A DNA stretch of 61,799 bases, filler included, from Diploschistes diacapsis (lineage: Eukaryota): the NCBI GenBank assembly GCA_023645945.1. It is 6 parts of 6 records of this genome, joined end to end, with 100 filler letters (N's around TTAATTAATTAA, not from the genome) between each part and the next. Parts side by side here need not be neighbours in the genome. Positions count along the whole stretch, not along the records: positions 41,293 to 51,496 come from JALAIB010000952.1; positions 51,597 to 61,799 come from JALAIB010000953.1; 4 more parts are not named here. One strand, 5' to 3'. The notes under the pieces are model-generated. The model was given only the letters and a program-made list of their open reading frames with translations, was not told the origin of the DNA and searched no databases. The translations under genes and the position numbers were made by a program. Positions 48,758 to 60,799 of the stretch are shown here, in pieces; within the stretch, counting starts at the first letter, position 1, and each line of letters begins with the position of its first letter.

Positions 48758-50469
48758 ATGGGTGAGTGTTGATTTCTGTCTGATATACTTAACCACGCTG
48801 TATATATTGTTATCAAGTACAACCCCAACCTTGTGCCAGGTCAAGAACTGCATCAAATCTTTAGCTTGATTCGGGCTCTTCTTCTTTTGGTATCTGTGAA
48901 GCTAACGTATGCCCTTTCCGGTGCACCTCACCAGCTTACAGACTCCGCCGCGAAAAGAGTCGCTCGTACAGAGGGCCCGTCCACCAGCTCCGAGATCACA
49001 TCATGCCATTCGGAGGCAGCGATCGCCAGCCTTTACTGGGACATCTGAGAGCTGACACGCCGCATCTGCACCTCAGTCGGCATGACTTGACCAAGAGCGA
49101 CAACGCTTTCGCGCGCTGGCCGGCGCAGGCTCTGGCGACGACATGGGCCGTTCTCAAGACGAACCCGGTGAACCTGCTGCTCGTGTTCGTGCCGCTGGGG
49201 ATCATAGCGGCCAACGTAGGATGGAGCCCGACCGCCGTCTTTGTCATGAACTTTCTGGCCATCATCCCGCTGGCCGCGCTCTTGAGTTTTGCGACGGAAG
49301 AGATTTCGTGCAAGGTCGGGCAGACGGTGGGCGGCTTGCTGAATGCCACCTTCGGCAACGCCGTTGAGCTTATCGTGAGCGCTCTGACTTTGACAGCCCT
49401 CGATGGTTTCACAGTCGCTAATTCTGACCATAGGTGTCTATAGTCGCTCTCAAAGAGGGCGAAATCCGCATTGTACAGTCCAGCATGCTGGGCTCGATCC
49501 TGTCCAACACCTTGCTCGTGCTCGGCTGCTGCTTCATAGCCGGCGGCATCAACAAACTCGAGCAGCGCTTCGACACCACTGTCGCGAGTACCATGTCCTC
49601 GCTTATGGCCGTCGCCTCTGCCTCCCTCATCATCCCAGCCACGCTCTACGCCGTGATGGACCGCAGGCCCGGCGGCTCGTCCCGGGACCGCGACGACAAC
49701 ATCATGATATTATCGCGGGGCACGTCGATCATCCTGCTAATCCTATACGTACTCTACCTAATCTTCCAACTCAAAACGCACAACAAGTATTTCGACGGCA
49801 AGCCGGACGAAGAATCCCAGGAAGGCGGCGAGGGCCAGCAGCAGCAGCAGGCGCAGGAAGCGGACGACGAGCCGCAGATCCTCACGCCCTGGACGGCCGC
49901 GCTCTGGCTCGTGCTCGTCACCGTGCTGGTCGCCGTGTGCGCCGAGTATCTAGTCGACAGCATCGACAGCATCGTCGCGTCCACGGGCATCTCCAAGACT
50001 TTTATCGGCCTGATCCTGCTGCCCATCGTGGGCAACGCGGCTGAGCACGTGACGGCCGTGGTGGTCAGCTACAAGAGCAAGATGGACTTGGCGATCGGCG
50101 TGAGCATCGGGAGCAGCATGCAGATTGCGCTGCTGGTGACCCCGTTCCTCGTGATCCTGGGTTGGATCGTCGGGCAGCCGATGACGTTGCATTTCGAGAC
50201 CTTCGAGACGGTGGTGTTCTTTTTGAGCGTCTTGGTGGTTAACTGTGAGTCTGGCCCGGTCCCTTCTTCGTTTCCTTTGGCGGCAGTTCGGGGAAAGACC
50301 ATGGCTTTGGATGTCACTTGCTAACGTTTTGGGGACGGCAGATCTGATTCAGGACGGCAAGTCGAACTATCTCGAGGGCGCCATGTGCATCGGCATCTAC
50401 ACCATCATCGCGCTCGCCTTTTACGTCTATCCGGAGGAGACACCGAAGCCTGACACCCCTTTCCTTTGA
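48758..50469 (+). CDS. VCX1: Vacuolar Ca2+/H+ exchanger (CAX family); 5' exon structure tentative
   Basis: Alpha repeats LLNATFGNAVE and LPIVGNAAEH; LGSILSN; IGSSMQIAL; DGKSNYLEG; acidic central loop. Confidence 0.93.
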
Positions 50470-51372
50470 TTGGATGGGCGCTACCTCCACCAAAACGATC
50501 GAGGGTGGACTCACGGCATGCCCCCAAGGCTTGGTCCGGTTTCTGTTTCTTTGTACATATTTTACTTTACTATGTTACGTCCGAGCCGTGCAACCGGCCG
50601 ACGGCCTTTGTTTTTCTTGTTCTTCGTAACATTTCACTTGGCCACTAGGCTTGAAACAACAATGGAGGTATCTTGAGCTCCAAAGCAAGGAAATGCGCGT
50701 GCGGGGGGAGGGGGGGGGGTCCCATGGGCCATCAAGTGTACGACTGTCCCGAAATGCAAAGCAGCCCTGGTGTTTGTCCCAGCACTATAGGAAGACCACA
50801 GGGCACTACAGTGTTGCTAGGAAGCAAAGCATCCACAGCGGCCGCAGAGGGTTGAGGAGAGCTCCTGCAGGCCAACCTGTACGGTGGTAACAAACGTGCG
50901 GATTGAGACTACTTGCTAGTGGCGTCAAGACAGGACAGAGACAAAGTATCTATATCCGAGAGAGCAAAATTTTAGAATTATGTAGTGTGGGCTACCTGCA
51001 AGTTACTTTTTTGCTGTTTGCTTTATCGAAAAAAGGCCGCCCGCCCCCCCTGCCCCTTGACCTAACCTACTCTTACTTGCCCATTTCAGCCATCCATTAC
51101 GCTAGCCTCAATCAGCCTAATAATGTTACGAACGAGTGAGTCCCCCCCTCTTCGTATCTTTTGACGCAGCTGGGTTTTTTTATCTTGGGCGGGAATGTCA
51201 TGGACAGCATTGTGCCGTTCTTGCCTCTTCGCGAGGCCGATGGGCCTGGGCATGGCGTATGCTGCCGCCCTTGCGCTGCTGCGTCCTGTTCGCTCGGCTT
51301 TCTCGATCCCCATGCCCCATCGTATCGCATGGCACGGCATATCATGGCGTAGCATGGCTTGATAGCGTTGCA

Positions 51373-51496
51373 TCTTCTTCTTCTTCTTCTTCTTCTTCTT
51401 CTTCTTCTTCTTCTTCTTCTTCTTCTTCTTCTTCTTCTTCTTCTTCTTCTTCTTCTTCTTCTTCTTCTTCTTCTTCTTCTTCTTCTTCTTCTTCTT
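51373..51496 (+). repeat. Long perfect (TCT)n microsatellite at the contig end
   Basis: ~41 uninterrupted units running into the spacer; likely cause of the assembly break. Confidence 0.95.
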
Positions 51497-51596
51497 NNNN
51501 NNNNNNNNNNNNNNNNNNNNNNNNNNNNNNNNNNNNNNNNTTAATTAATTAANNNNNNNNNNNNNNNNNNNNNNNNNNNNNNNNNNNNNNNNNNNN
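51497..51596. other. Artificial contig spacer
   Basis: N44-TTAATTAATTAA-N44. Confidence 0.98.
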
Positions 51597-52027
51597 GTGG
51601 GGTGCGGGATGGAGAGGTGGAGGTAAAAGGTAGTTTGCGGGAACACTGTTTGGGTGGTGGAAAAGGTGGGGTTGTAAGACGTTGTGTTGTTGTGCTGATG
51701 TAGGATTGGAGAGGTTCTGAGCTCGGATCGACGAAATCAATCTCAAAGAGGGTTTTTTTTCAGGATTTACTTCTATAAAAAAACTTTTGGTGTGAACTCC
51801 CAGCAGACTGGGTAGCGGAAGTTTAAGGCTGTTGATCCAGCATACAGTGCCAGCAGCCCTTTCATCCGTTGTAAGTCTGAACAAGCCAAACTACCAACAT
51901 TCCAAACCCGAGAACAGTCGTTACAAGCCCCTTCTTCACCAATAGACGCTGGGCAAAAGGCCCACAACATCTTCCAACCGCATTCTCATCAATCAATCAC
52001 TCAAGGGCCCCCTGCAGACTTCCCTTC

Positions 52028-53823
52028 CTACTCCCCCATGCTGACCTTCGGCCCCGTGAACCTCTTCCTCCCACTCACGACCCACGTCACTAGACTGACG
52101 AGCCCAATCACCCCGGTAGCAGCGCTTGTGTAGTTCATGTTCTGCGCGGTCACGGGCGCAAAGCCGGGGAAGTTGAAGGTTATGCTCGCGAAGACGAGGA
52201 AGAGGAGACCGATGACGTTGATGGGCGCGCCGAACCTGCCGAGGGTGTAAGGGCCGGAGAGGAGTGTTGCGTTTGGTGAGGAGGAGGGGCGAGTCAGGCG
52301 GTGGAGGAGGGCGGCGAGGAGAGGTGTGGCGTAGGAGAGGTCTTGGAGGGGAAGGGTTAGCGAGAATAAGGGGGGGGAAGGGGGAAGAGGAAGGAATGAA
52401 AGGTTGGCTTTCTTTCTTGTTATGGAGCTGCGGAGACAACTCACAGAAGCCCGCCGTTGAGATGGCAATCACAGTGTTAAAGCCCTCCACCGTTCCAAAG
52501 TAGATCGAGTTCAGCGCCATCTGCGCCCCACAGGCCAGCATCACCGCATTGGCGGGCACGCTGGCTCCGCCGCCCACGGTCCGTACTCTCGCCCAAGTAT
52601 CTGAGAAGGGCAAGCCTCTATCCCTCGCAAACGCATATAGCGCCCTCGACCCCTCTGCCTCCAGGAAAACAACGGTCGCTAACGCAATGACAGCGAAAAG
52701 GCCAGCCAGGACGCATGCCCCAGCGACCGAGGATGTGGAGTCGAAGAATATTTGGATGAGGGGTACGCCAGTGGGTGTGGAAGCGACGCTGCCGAAGTCC
52801 CCAATGCAAAAGCAGACGGCGATGAGGAACACGAGGCCTGTGAGGCCGCCGATTACGACGGAGAGGATGATGGCTTTGGGGGCTTCGGTTGTGGCGAATA
52901 ACATTTCTTCTGTCATGTGCTAGATTGGGAAAGGGTTCTGTAAGCAGCAGTCGTTGTCGCATGATGCAAGCGATTGATAAAAGGGGACTATGAAGGCCGT
53001 GGAGGGATTTCACGAACCGCTGGAGCGTCATAGCAGCACCTAGATGAGTGTTAGCAAGCTCGGTTTGTGGGCTTGGAGGATAAGTCTTATAATACATGCC
53101 AAACGCACTTTGAAGTACTCCCAATAACCCCGCCATCGCCGGTCCCCAGCCTGTCAGGTTCTGGAATTCAGCAAACACAAACGAGGCTGGTTGCTTGTGG
53201 TCGTTACACGCGAGAATTGTGATGACCACGACGAAGAAGCTTGCAATGTTCCAAACCATCATGACCTTGGACATCCGTTCTAGCAAGTGCGACCCAAATA
53301 GATTCGCCAGCGCCGCCAGCAATGCAACAGAATACGACGCAAGCACCGTATGCCATTGCTTAATGGCATACCCAGGGTAGCTCAGATTAGCCATGCCGAG
53401 AATAAAGTTTGCGCCAACAAAACTTGTTGTTGCCGCCATAGCAAGGATTCCCGTGATCATAAACCACCCTGTGATCCAACTCATGCCTCTAGCTATACTT
53501 TTCGGAGCAAGTACCATTACCCACGAGTACTGTCCTCCAGCCACCGGGTATGCGGAACAGATCTCGGCCAGCGAGGAAGCGACGGCGAGGGTCAAGAGTG
53601 AAACTGCTATCCACGAATATATCATCACGGGCGGGCCGCCTGATTCAATACCGACCACAAGCACGCTGCCGAGAGCTGACCAGGAAGTGACAATGCAGAA
53701 GGAAAAGCCGAGCATTCCTAGGAGGCTAAAGGATCGCTTGAGTTCTTGGGCGTAGCCGAGATTCTCCAGCATCAAGGACTCTGGGACCTCGGGGGAGAAG
53801 GCTGGGTCGGCCTTTTTCTCCAT
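52028..53823 (-). CDS. APC-superfamily amino acid/choline/GABA permease (ACT family), 4 exons
   Basis: LGYAQELKRSFS, LAEICSAYPVAGGQY, GM|CCYDAPA|HMTEEM, SRALYAFARDRGLPFS, NMNYTS, RKRFTGP. Confidence 0.92.
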
Positions 53824-54881
53824 TGTGACGGCAGTATTCTCATGCAGGAGAAAGATCGAGTATATGATACTGGTGCTGCGATAGTCCCACCTTACATAGC
53901 AGAAATAGAGCCCAAAATACGAAATAGAAAAATTATATTCACTATATGAATGGAGGGTATAATGTATGGAAGGAATAGAGATGAGTTATAGCTCCATATT
54001 CGCAATAGACAATAGATAGGAAGACAGACAGATTCAGAGCAAATAATCTTTATCACCTTAATATAACAAGTTGCCGTAAAGCCTAAACTCTAGCTACTCC
54101 GCGTTAAAAGAAGCCATGCTGTACGAGTATCAATCTCGACCTGCTTTCGAGAGATAAGTCAAAGCGATGGCCAGTAGCTGCGCGGCTCTTGAACCTTGCT
54201 AGATTTCCAATACGGCAGGAGAGCATGGATAGTAAACTTACGTGAGTATCTCTTAGTTCCCCAACTAGATACTACCCGGTAGATAACAGATGTACATAGC
54301 ATCCATCCTAGGCTCGCAGGCGAGATTAACAATAAATATGCACAGCAGATACCTCTTCCACCATTTTATCCCCGCCCAAGAGCTTCAAGGGTGCTTCAAT
54401 CAACTAAAGAATAAGTTCCAAAGGCCCCGGGAGAGTTAAGTACTTAATCTGAAGGATCCTTTGGAACTCTTAAGTGTATATAGAGTGGTGAAGGAGGTAT
54501 CTGGTGTGCAGATTATTATTATATCGCCTGGCTCGGCATTTTTTTGGGGGGTGGAGGGGAAAACTGCCCCTCCGGGCGGTTGTTATCAATGCAGGAGACC
54601 ATAAAGACATGATCGAGCAACTTAGCGTTCCTATCAATACCCATGTTTAAACAGGGTAAATAATCGCGATATTTGTCTTCGTCTCCCCATATTTGCATAC
54701 TGCAGGTTACGAACAATTGCTACGTCAGTTCAGACCAATAAATAGCGGCGCGAAGATACAAATAAAAAGTCGAATCCAAGCCCTCAGTCCTCCATCCCCT
54801 TGACCAGAACGTTCGAAACTTGGTGGATATCAAAACAATCTAACAATCTATGCAGACCAATGAAATGCAAAAGGGATTAAA

Positions 54882-54981
54882 TGATTGCACTGAGGATCGA
54901 ACTCAGGACCTTTCGCGATATGCTCTATCTTAAACAGAAAGAACTGTGAGGCGAACGTGATAGCCGCTACACCATGCAATC
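54882..54981 (-). tRNA. tRNA-Val(CAC) with 27-nt intron (54918-54944)
   Basis: Acceptor GATTGCA/TGCAATC, anticodon stem TTCGC/GCGAA, loop CT-CAC-A|C, T arm CTGAG TTCGATC CTCAG, A73. Confidence 0.95.
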
Positions 54982-55394
54982 ATCGACAAGAATGTTGAAG
55001 CCCTTGTGGCCTCTATACACCAAATGTGATAGAAGCCGGTGAGATCGCGTGGCCATAACTTCCAATACTACCGTGAAGCATAAAATATGCAAGCAATGAA
55101 CGCGTTTTTATGGAAAGACTAAAGCGCAGCATTGTAAAGCAGAACAACTGTCACGGACGGACAAGTAAGTTGAAACGTAGATACGAAAAGACAGGGGCTG
55201 TTTCCCATAGCATAGACGGACTTAAGATGGCTGTGAGCTGTTCTATCTCCGGTCGCATTATTCAAGCTGTTTGATTGTCGCATATCTCGTACTACAACTT
55301 AGAACTCATTAATACCAGAGCTGGATTGCATACCTTCACTCGTTTCCTCTTGGATATTTTCTGGCCTATTGCAGAATCTTAAGCGCTTCCTCCA

Positions 55395-57505
55395 ATGTCA
55401 GGCCGCTTTGTGCGCGCGTCGAAATACCGTAAGTATGCACCAAACGTCTGTAGCTACGAATGAGAACTGACACTCTTTCACAGGGCACGTCTTTGGAAGG
55501 TCGGCTAGGAAGGTTGGTGTAAAAAACGGAATGTTAACACGGTTCGCTAAGTAATACTGAGGAACAATGTTACGATAACATCCGAGTATCGAAGAACGCA
55601 TGGGACACAAACCTAGTGAAGGTGAAGCTGCAAAATCCTCGGCAGCGCATAGCGCTTACAGCTGTTAGGCGAACCCAAAATACTTGTCGGTCAATTGGGA
55701 TGCCAGTGGAGGTGGAGCATTTGCGGTTATACCGCTTGGTGAAAGAGGGAAAGCTCCGGAGCAGATACCACTTTTCAGGGGACATACTGCGGTCGTATTA
55801 GACACAGACTGGAGTCCGTTCAACGACAACATCATCGCATCCGGGTCAGACGACGGCAAGTCTTTCATATGGAAAGTTCCGGAAGGTTTTACACTGCACA
55901 CCGATGGAGATGAGATACAAGATGTTGCGCCTGTCGCAAAGCTTTCTGGTCACTCAAGAAAAGTCGGTCACGTGCTATTCAATCCTTCTGCAGAAAATGT
56001 TCTTGCAACCTCTTCAGGCGACTTCACGGTCAAACTATGGGATATCGAGGCTTCCGCGGCTCGCCTAACGCTCAAGCACACCGACATTGTACAATCGCTA
56101 TCATTCAGCGCCAACGGAGGCTTGCTAGTGACGACGTCGCGAGACAAGAAATTGAGAGTATGGGATGCCAGACAGCAAGAGCCCGCGCACATTGGGCCCG
56201 GGCATGCAGGAGCGAAGAGCAGCCGAGCAGTCTGGATGGGCGAGCATGACCGAGTAGCTACAACAGGGTTCTCCAAGATGAGCGATCGGCAACTCGGACT
56301 CTGGGATATTAGGAACGCAAATGCCCCGATGAACGGCTTTGATATGCTAGACTCGATATCGGGTGTTTGTATGCCATTCTGGGATGATGGCACGCAATGC
56401 TTGTACCTTGCCGGAAAGGGGTAAGTGTCAAGCACGTAAGGCTGGCAATTGCTGACAAGGCACAGTGACGGTAACATTCGTTACTACGAGTATGAGAATG
56501 ATGCTTTCGAGTATCTATCTGAGTACAAGTCTGCCGACCCTCAGCGTGGTGTTGCATTCATGCCTAAGCGTGGGCTCAACCTTCAAGAGAACGAGGTCGC
56601 GCGGGCCTATAAGACGGTCAATGACGGCTACATCGAGCCGATATCGTTTATCGTCCCTAGGAGAGCCGAGGTCTTCCAAAGTGACATCTACCCCCCCGCA
56701 ACTGGCTCCAAGCCAGGCATGAACGCTACAGATTATTTCAGCGGCAAGGACGCTTTGCCGCCCAAGATCGATATGGAGAGTATCTACAACAACGAAAATC
56801 CAACCGAAATTCCCTCGGATTACAAGCCACCTCCGCCCTTGACGCCAACCCCAGCCGCCGAACCAAAGAAGGAAGAGCAACCCAAGGAAGCCCCACAACC
56901 ATCGCCTGCGGTGCGGGCTCCTGCCTCAATGAAGGATCAAGGAGCTTCAATGTCCAGCATAGCTTCCAAGTTCGCAGATAGCAAAACGGCCGAAGAGGAA
57001 GAGGAGGACGATAGCTCTAGTTTCGAAGAAATTTCGAAGCCCGCAGAGAGGGCACAAGCCAAGCCAAGCATCAAGGTCGATAAAACTGAGGCTGCGCCAA
57101 CAACTTCGCAAAACTCGCTCGAGCCTCAATCACAAACAACACCTGGAATGTGGAAAGTAAGGACCCAGCTTTGGCAACTCTGCTGTAGGAACACGTACTA
57201 ATCCTCACTTCCAGCCTACCGCCTCCCCTGCCCTTACCTTCTCTACTTCCCCCACAACCCACGACGCTTCCGGCGCCACCCCTTCCGGCTCCACAAATTC
57301 TAACCTCGCAAACTCATTGGGAGAAATCAAAGCTCTCCTCCAGCAACAAAAGACCACCATGGCCGCCCAGAGCGAGATGATCGTGCAGCTCTCCTCCGAA
57401 GTCGACGCGGTGAAGCGCAACGTCGCGAGCTCCTCGGCCGACACGTCGGAGAAGGACGAGAGGATCAGGGCACTGGAGAAGGAAGTCGCGGCGTTGAGAG
57501 GTTAG
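55395..57505 (+). CDS. CRN1: Coronin, 6 exons
   Basis: MSGRFVRASKYRHVFG, WD40 repeats, GKGDGNIRYYE, FIVPRRAEVFQSDIYP, C-terminal coiled coil. Confidence 0.96.
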
Positions 57506-57885
57506 TACGTGACATGGCTTTTTCCTTCACTTTTCAGGGGAGTGGGTGGTTTTTTTTTTTTGTTTGGCGTTTGGGTGAAAGAGCGGCCTATGAGAACCCA
57601 CCGCTTCCTATCGGGCAACGGTGACGGCCGGGCGAACGGCAGCTGTGGAGGTGAAGGAAGTGGAAGAGGTGGAGCAATGGAAAGGCGATCTGATCTGCGG
57701 ACTAGCCTGGGGCCGGGATGTAGGTTGGATAACTTTGCAAGCTTTGTCAAGGAAATTTAAGAGAATCTGAATGGAATGAAATGGATGGATCATCTTCTCG
57801 CTGTTTCATTCTTTTGCTTCGTCCCAATACACCATACCTGATGCGGACGTCTGTGCAACTTTGCTAAGTGCTTCTCTTTTTGTAG

Positions 57886-58055
57886 GCTTTGATGCGGATA
57901 GCTTCCTCAAGTCGAAGTGGTCGATAGCGCGGGACGGGCACGGCTTGTGGTCCGTGAAAGCAGCGCCTGAAGAAGAGGAGCGGGAGGCGGAGGTGGAGGG
58001 GGAGAAAGAGGAGCCTGTGTTGGATGAGGGGAGGAGTAACATGTATGCGGAATAA
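57886..58055 (+). CDS. Candidate alternative terminal exon of coronin
   Basis: Branch GCTAAG, pyrimidine tract and TAG acceptor at 57885; in phase with the GTTAGT donor at 57501. Confidence 0.55.
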
Positions 58056-58316
58056 CAGCCTTGGGCCAGACGTTCAATTGATGGGCACACATGTATGAAT
58101 GTATTTTTAAGGGATTGCTGACTGGATATTATATTTCTATATAAAGTTCGTCTTGAATGCAAGGAGCGCTACGCCTCCCGTTGCCCATGGAACACGCCTA
58201 CCCACATGATGGTATTGAGGCCATCCAAGCTTGCATCGCTGCTAAATTGCCTACAATGCTTCAACGCCGAGAGTCTCCGGTGGATTTGGTCTGAGGAAAG
58301 AAGGTGCGTACGGCGG

Positions 58317-60462
58317 TCATTGTACGGCAATCTTGCCTACTTCATCGGTCGCTTCTTTCCAGGTCTCAAGATTCTTCTTCGCCCAGTCGATGTGGCATTT
58401 GGCATAGGCGATCTGAGCCATCTGTATCAGCAAAAAACAACCTAAACAATTGAGGTGAGGTCCATCGCTTACCATATACCTCCTTAAGTCTTCCTCTTTC
58501 TGGCCTTGGAAGCGCTTTAGGTCTTTCATAACTCCAGCGCTGGCGTCTTTGACATCTTTTTCTGATACTTCGAGGGCTTGCTCCAGCTACGCCGCCATCA
58601 GTACCAGTACAAAGAGCTTCTGTAAAAGTTATCAGCAGAGAGTTGCACTTACGTGATTCATTGACTCCCTAGTCTTGCCTATCGTATCTCTCCTCGTCCG
58701 CTCCGGATCGACATCGACGAAACCATGCATTGCGTGACTGATGCGACCTAGAATCTTATTGGTGACAAAATTGCCACCACCGCTTTGGCTTTTGCTCCGC
58801 TGTGGCGTCATATTTACACCCTGGCCCGAAGAAGGTGGTGATGCATGTGTGGGTGGGAAGTCAGAGTCTATCGAAGCAGTATCGTCATGCTTGTTTAGAT
58901 CTGGAGAGGGTGAGTCCGACGAGTTTCTTCGACGGTTGACGTTCGTCTGTGGCAAGTTACTACTGAGATATGATTCGATGCGTTTGGCTTCAGTCTCTGA
59001 TCGTTCTAAGGATTCGAGTAGAGCACGCTTCTTGTCGAGCTCGTCTTTTGTCATCTCTTCTTGTACCCGCTTCAATATCCGGTACCGCAGCACATTACGA
59101 ACAACACCGGCGAATTGAGCACTTTCCCGCATAGGTTCAGCAAAGCTAGCACCAAGTGTGGAAGATAATTCTTCGGTTGCGAGGTAAGACGAGTCCATGG
59201 CCTGGCCTATTCGTTCTATTGCAGCACCCACGGTAGGTGACTGTTCTGATAGCGCAAAAGCATTGTAGCGGGCGCCTAATTCTGCCATGTCGGTGGACAT
59301 GGAGTTCAAGTGTGACAAGGTCCGACGGTTGACTCTTTCTATGTTGCCTTGTAGTAGTGCTTCGAGCTCGCGTGTGGATGATTCGAAGTTCGTGAAATAG
59401 GGATCCAGATCTTGTTCGGAGAGATTGCGGGTCGAAGGTGGGAAGCGGCCAAAGACTTGGGTGCCAGGTACGGAGTGGGAGGCTACAGAAGGCATTGTAG
59501 ACCGCTCTGGAGGCGTTTGTGGAGTTCCACTGCTAGAGGTATTCGAAGAAGATCGTAGCTTGGCCATCGTTGCTGGGACCGGTAGCCATTGATGAGCAGG
59601 ACTCGGGTTCGAGGGGTTTAATGGGGGAGCTTTCATGTTGCTCTTGGGGATTGACATGACCGGCGCCGAATGCAGTACTTCATTCTAGACTCGGTCAGAG
59701 CTTGATCATTGCAGGGAGGAAGTCTGCTTGTACCCAACTTGCATTCGGATCTAGAAACCTCCACCAGACGCCGTCTTCTCTAACTTCCTTCATCTTCCTA
59801 CATCTATTAAGGAAGACGGCTAACATTCTCTTCCTGAGATCGATAATGCTTGCATCTTCCTTAGCTTTGGTAGGCTTCGCCGCATAGTCTGCCATTGTAT
59901 GCTTCTCGGGTATGGGTGGTATGATGAGGGTTGGATGCAGATTGACCAAGGTTTGCCTTAAGGATGCAAATTCTGAATACCGCCTTCGTACTTCAAGATC
60001 CTACATCTGTTAGCCGCTTACAGCATTGTTTACTTGAGGAACTGCGGTAGTGACAAAATAGCAAACTACCTACCCCCGTCCGTATGGTATACACAATATA
60101 GCCCCCACCATTCTCATTGCTTTTCCCGGCGTCTGTAATCAAGATCTCAAGGTCAGGATGCTCGTATAGAATCTGCTCGATGCGGCTGTCGTATCCCCCT
60201 TGCCAGCGGGGTACTCTAGAATCCTGAGCGCCGTATTCGTCGTCGCTGTCGACATGCTGTTGGGTTGCAAAAGGTGGCGGCTCGTTTGTATTGGACGAGG
60301 TTTCGGAGGTTGGCGTTATGGGGCGATCGAATGGCGCTGTAGCAGTGGTTAGGCATAGTGAGTGAATTCGTTGTCGGACAGCTTACTGGCGCCTTGCGGG
60401 GGCTCTATCGAGTCCTGACGCTGGAATGAACCGTACGGATTGTTGTCCTCATCATTCCACAT
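58317..60462 (-). CDS. SNX41: PX-BAR sorting nexin (Snx41/Atg20 family), multi-exon
   Basis: MWNDEDNNPYGS, YIVYTIRTG, VRRRYSEFASLR, LHPTLIIPPIPEKH, RKRMLAVFL, helical BAR region. Confidence 0.92.
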
Positions 60463-60799
60463 GATGGAAAAGTGCGAATTCGAGCCCAATAGCAACTAAG
60501 GAAAGAACCGCAGAGCTTCGGAGACTATTCAATAACGGATGTGCGAGGAGGCAGCTACTTCAGATATTGGAACGCCTGTGACGACAACTTGCAGCACCCA
60601 CTACTACTGCCAAGACGACAGAAATGTGCCCCCGACTTCACCCCTCTTGGGGACTAGGGTGACGGCCGCCCTAAGGTCGCGCGACCGTGCGTATTAGCTG
60701 CTGAAGCTGAGCAACTAGTCGTTTCAGCCTTCAAAGTGCCAATCTCCAATCAGAAACTTTACGCGCTCAGAGCGTCCTATCTCTTTGTACAAAGGTAGG

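Noticed and set aside
49403..50044. 213-aa alternate-frame ORF in VCX1
   Set aside because: High-GC3 shadow frame
51136..51552. Poly-Ser/poly-Leu ORFs
   Set aside because: Translations of the (TCT)n microsatellite and N run
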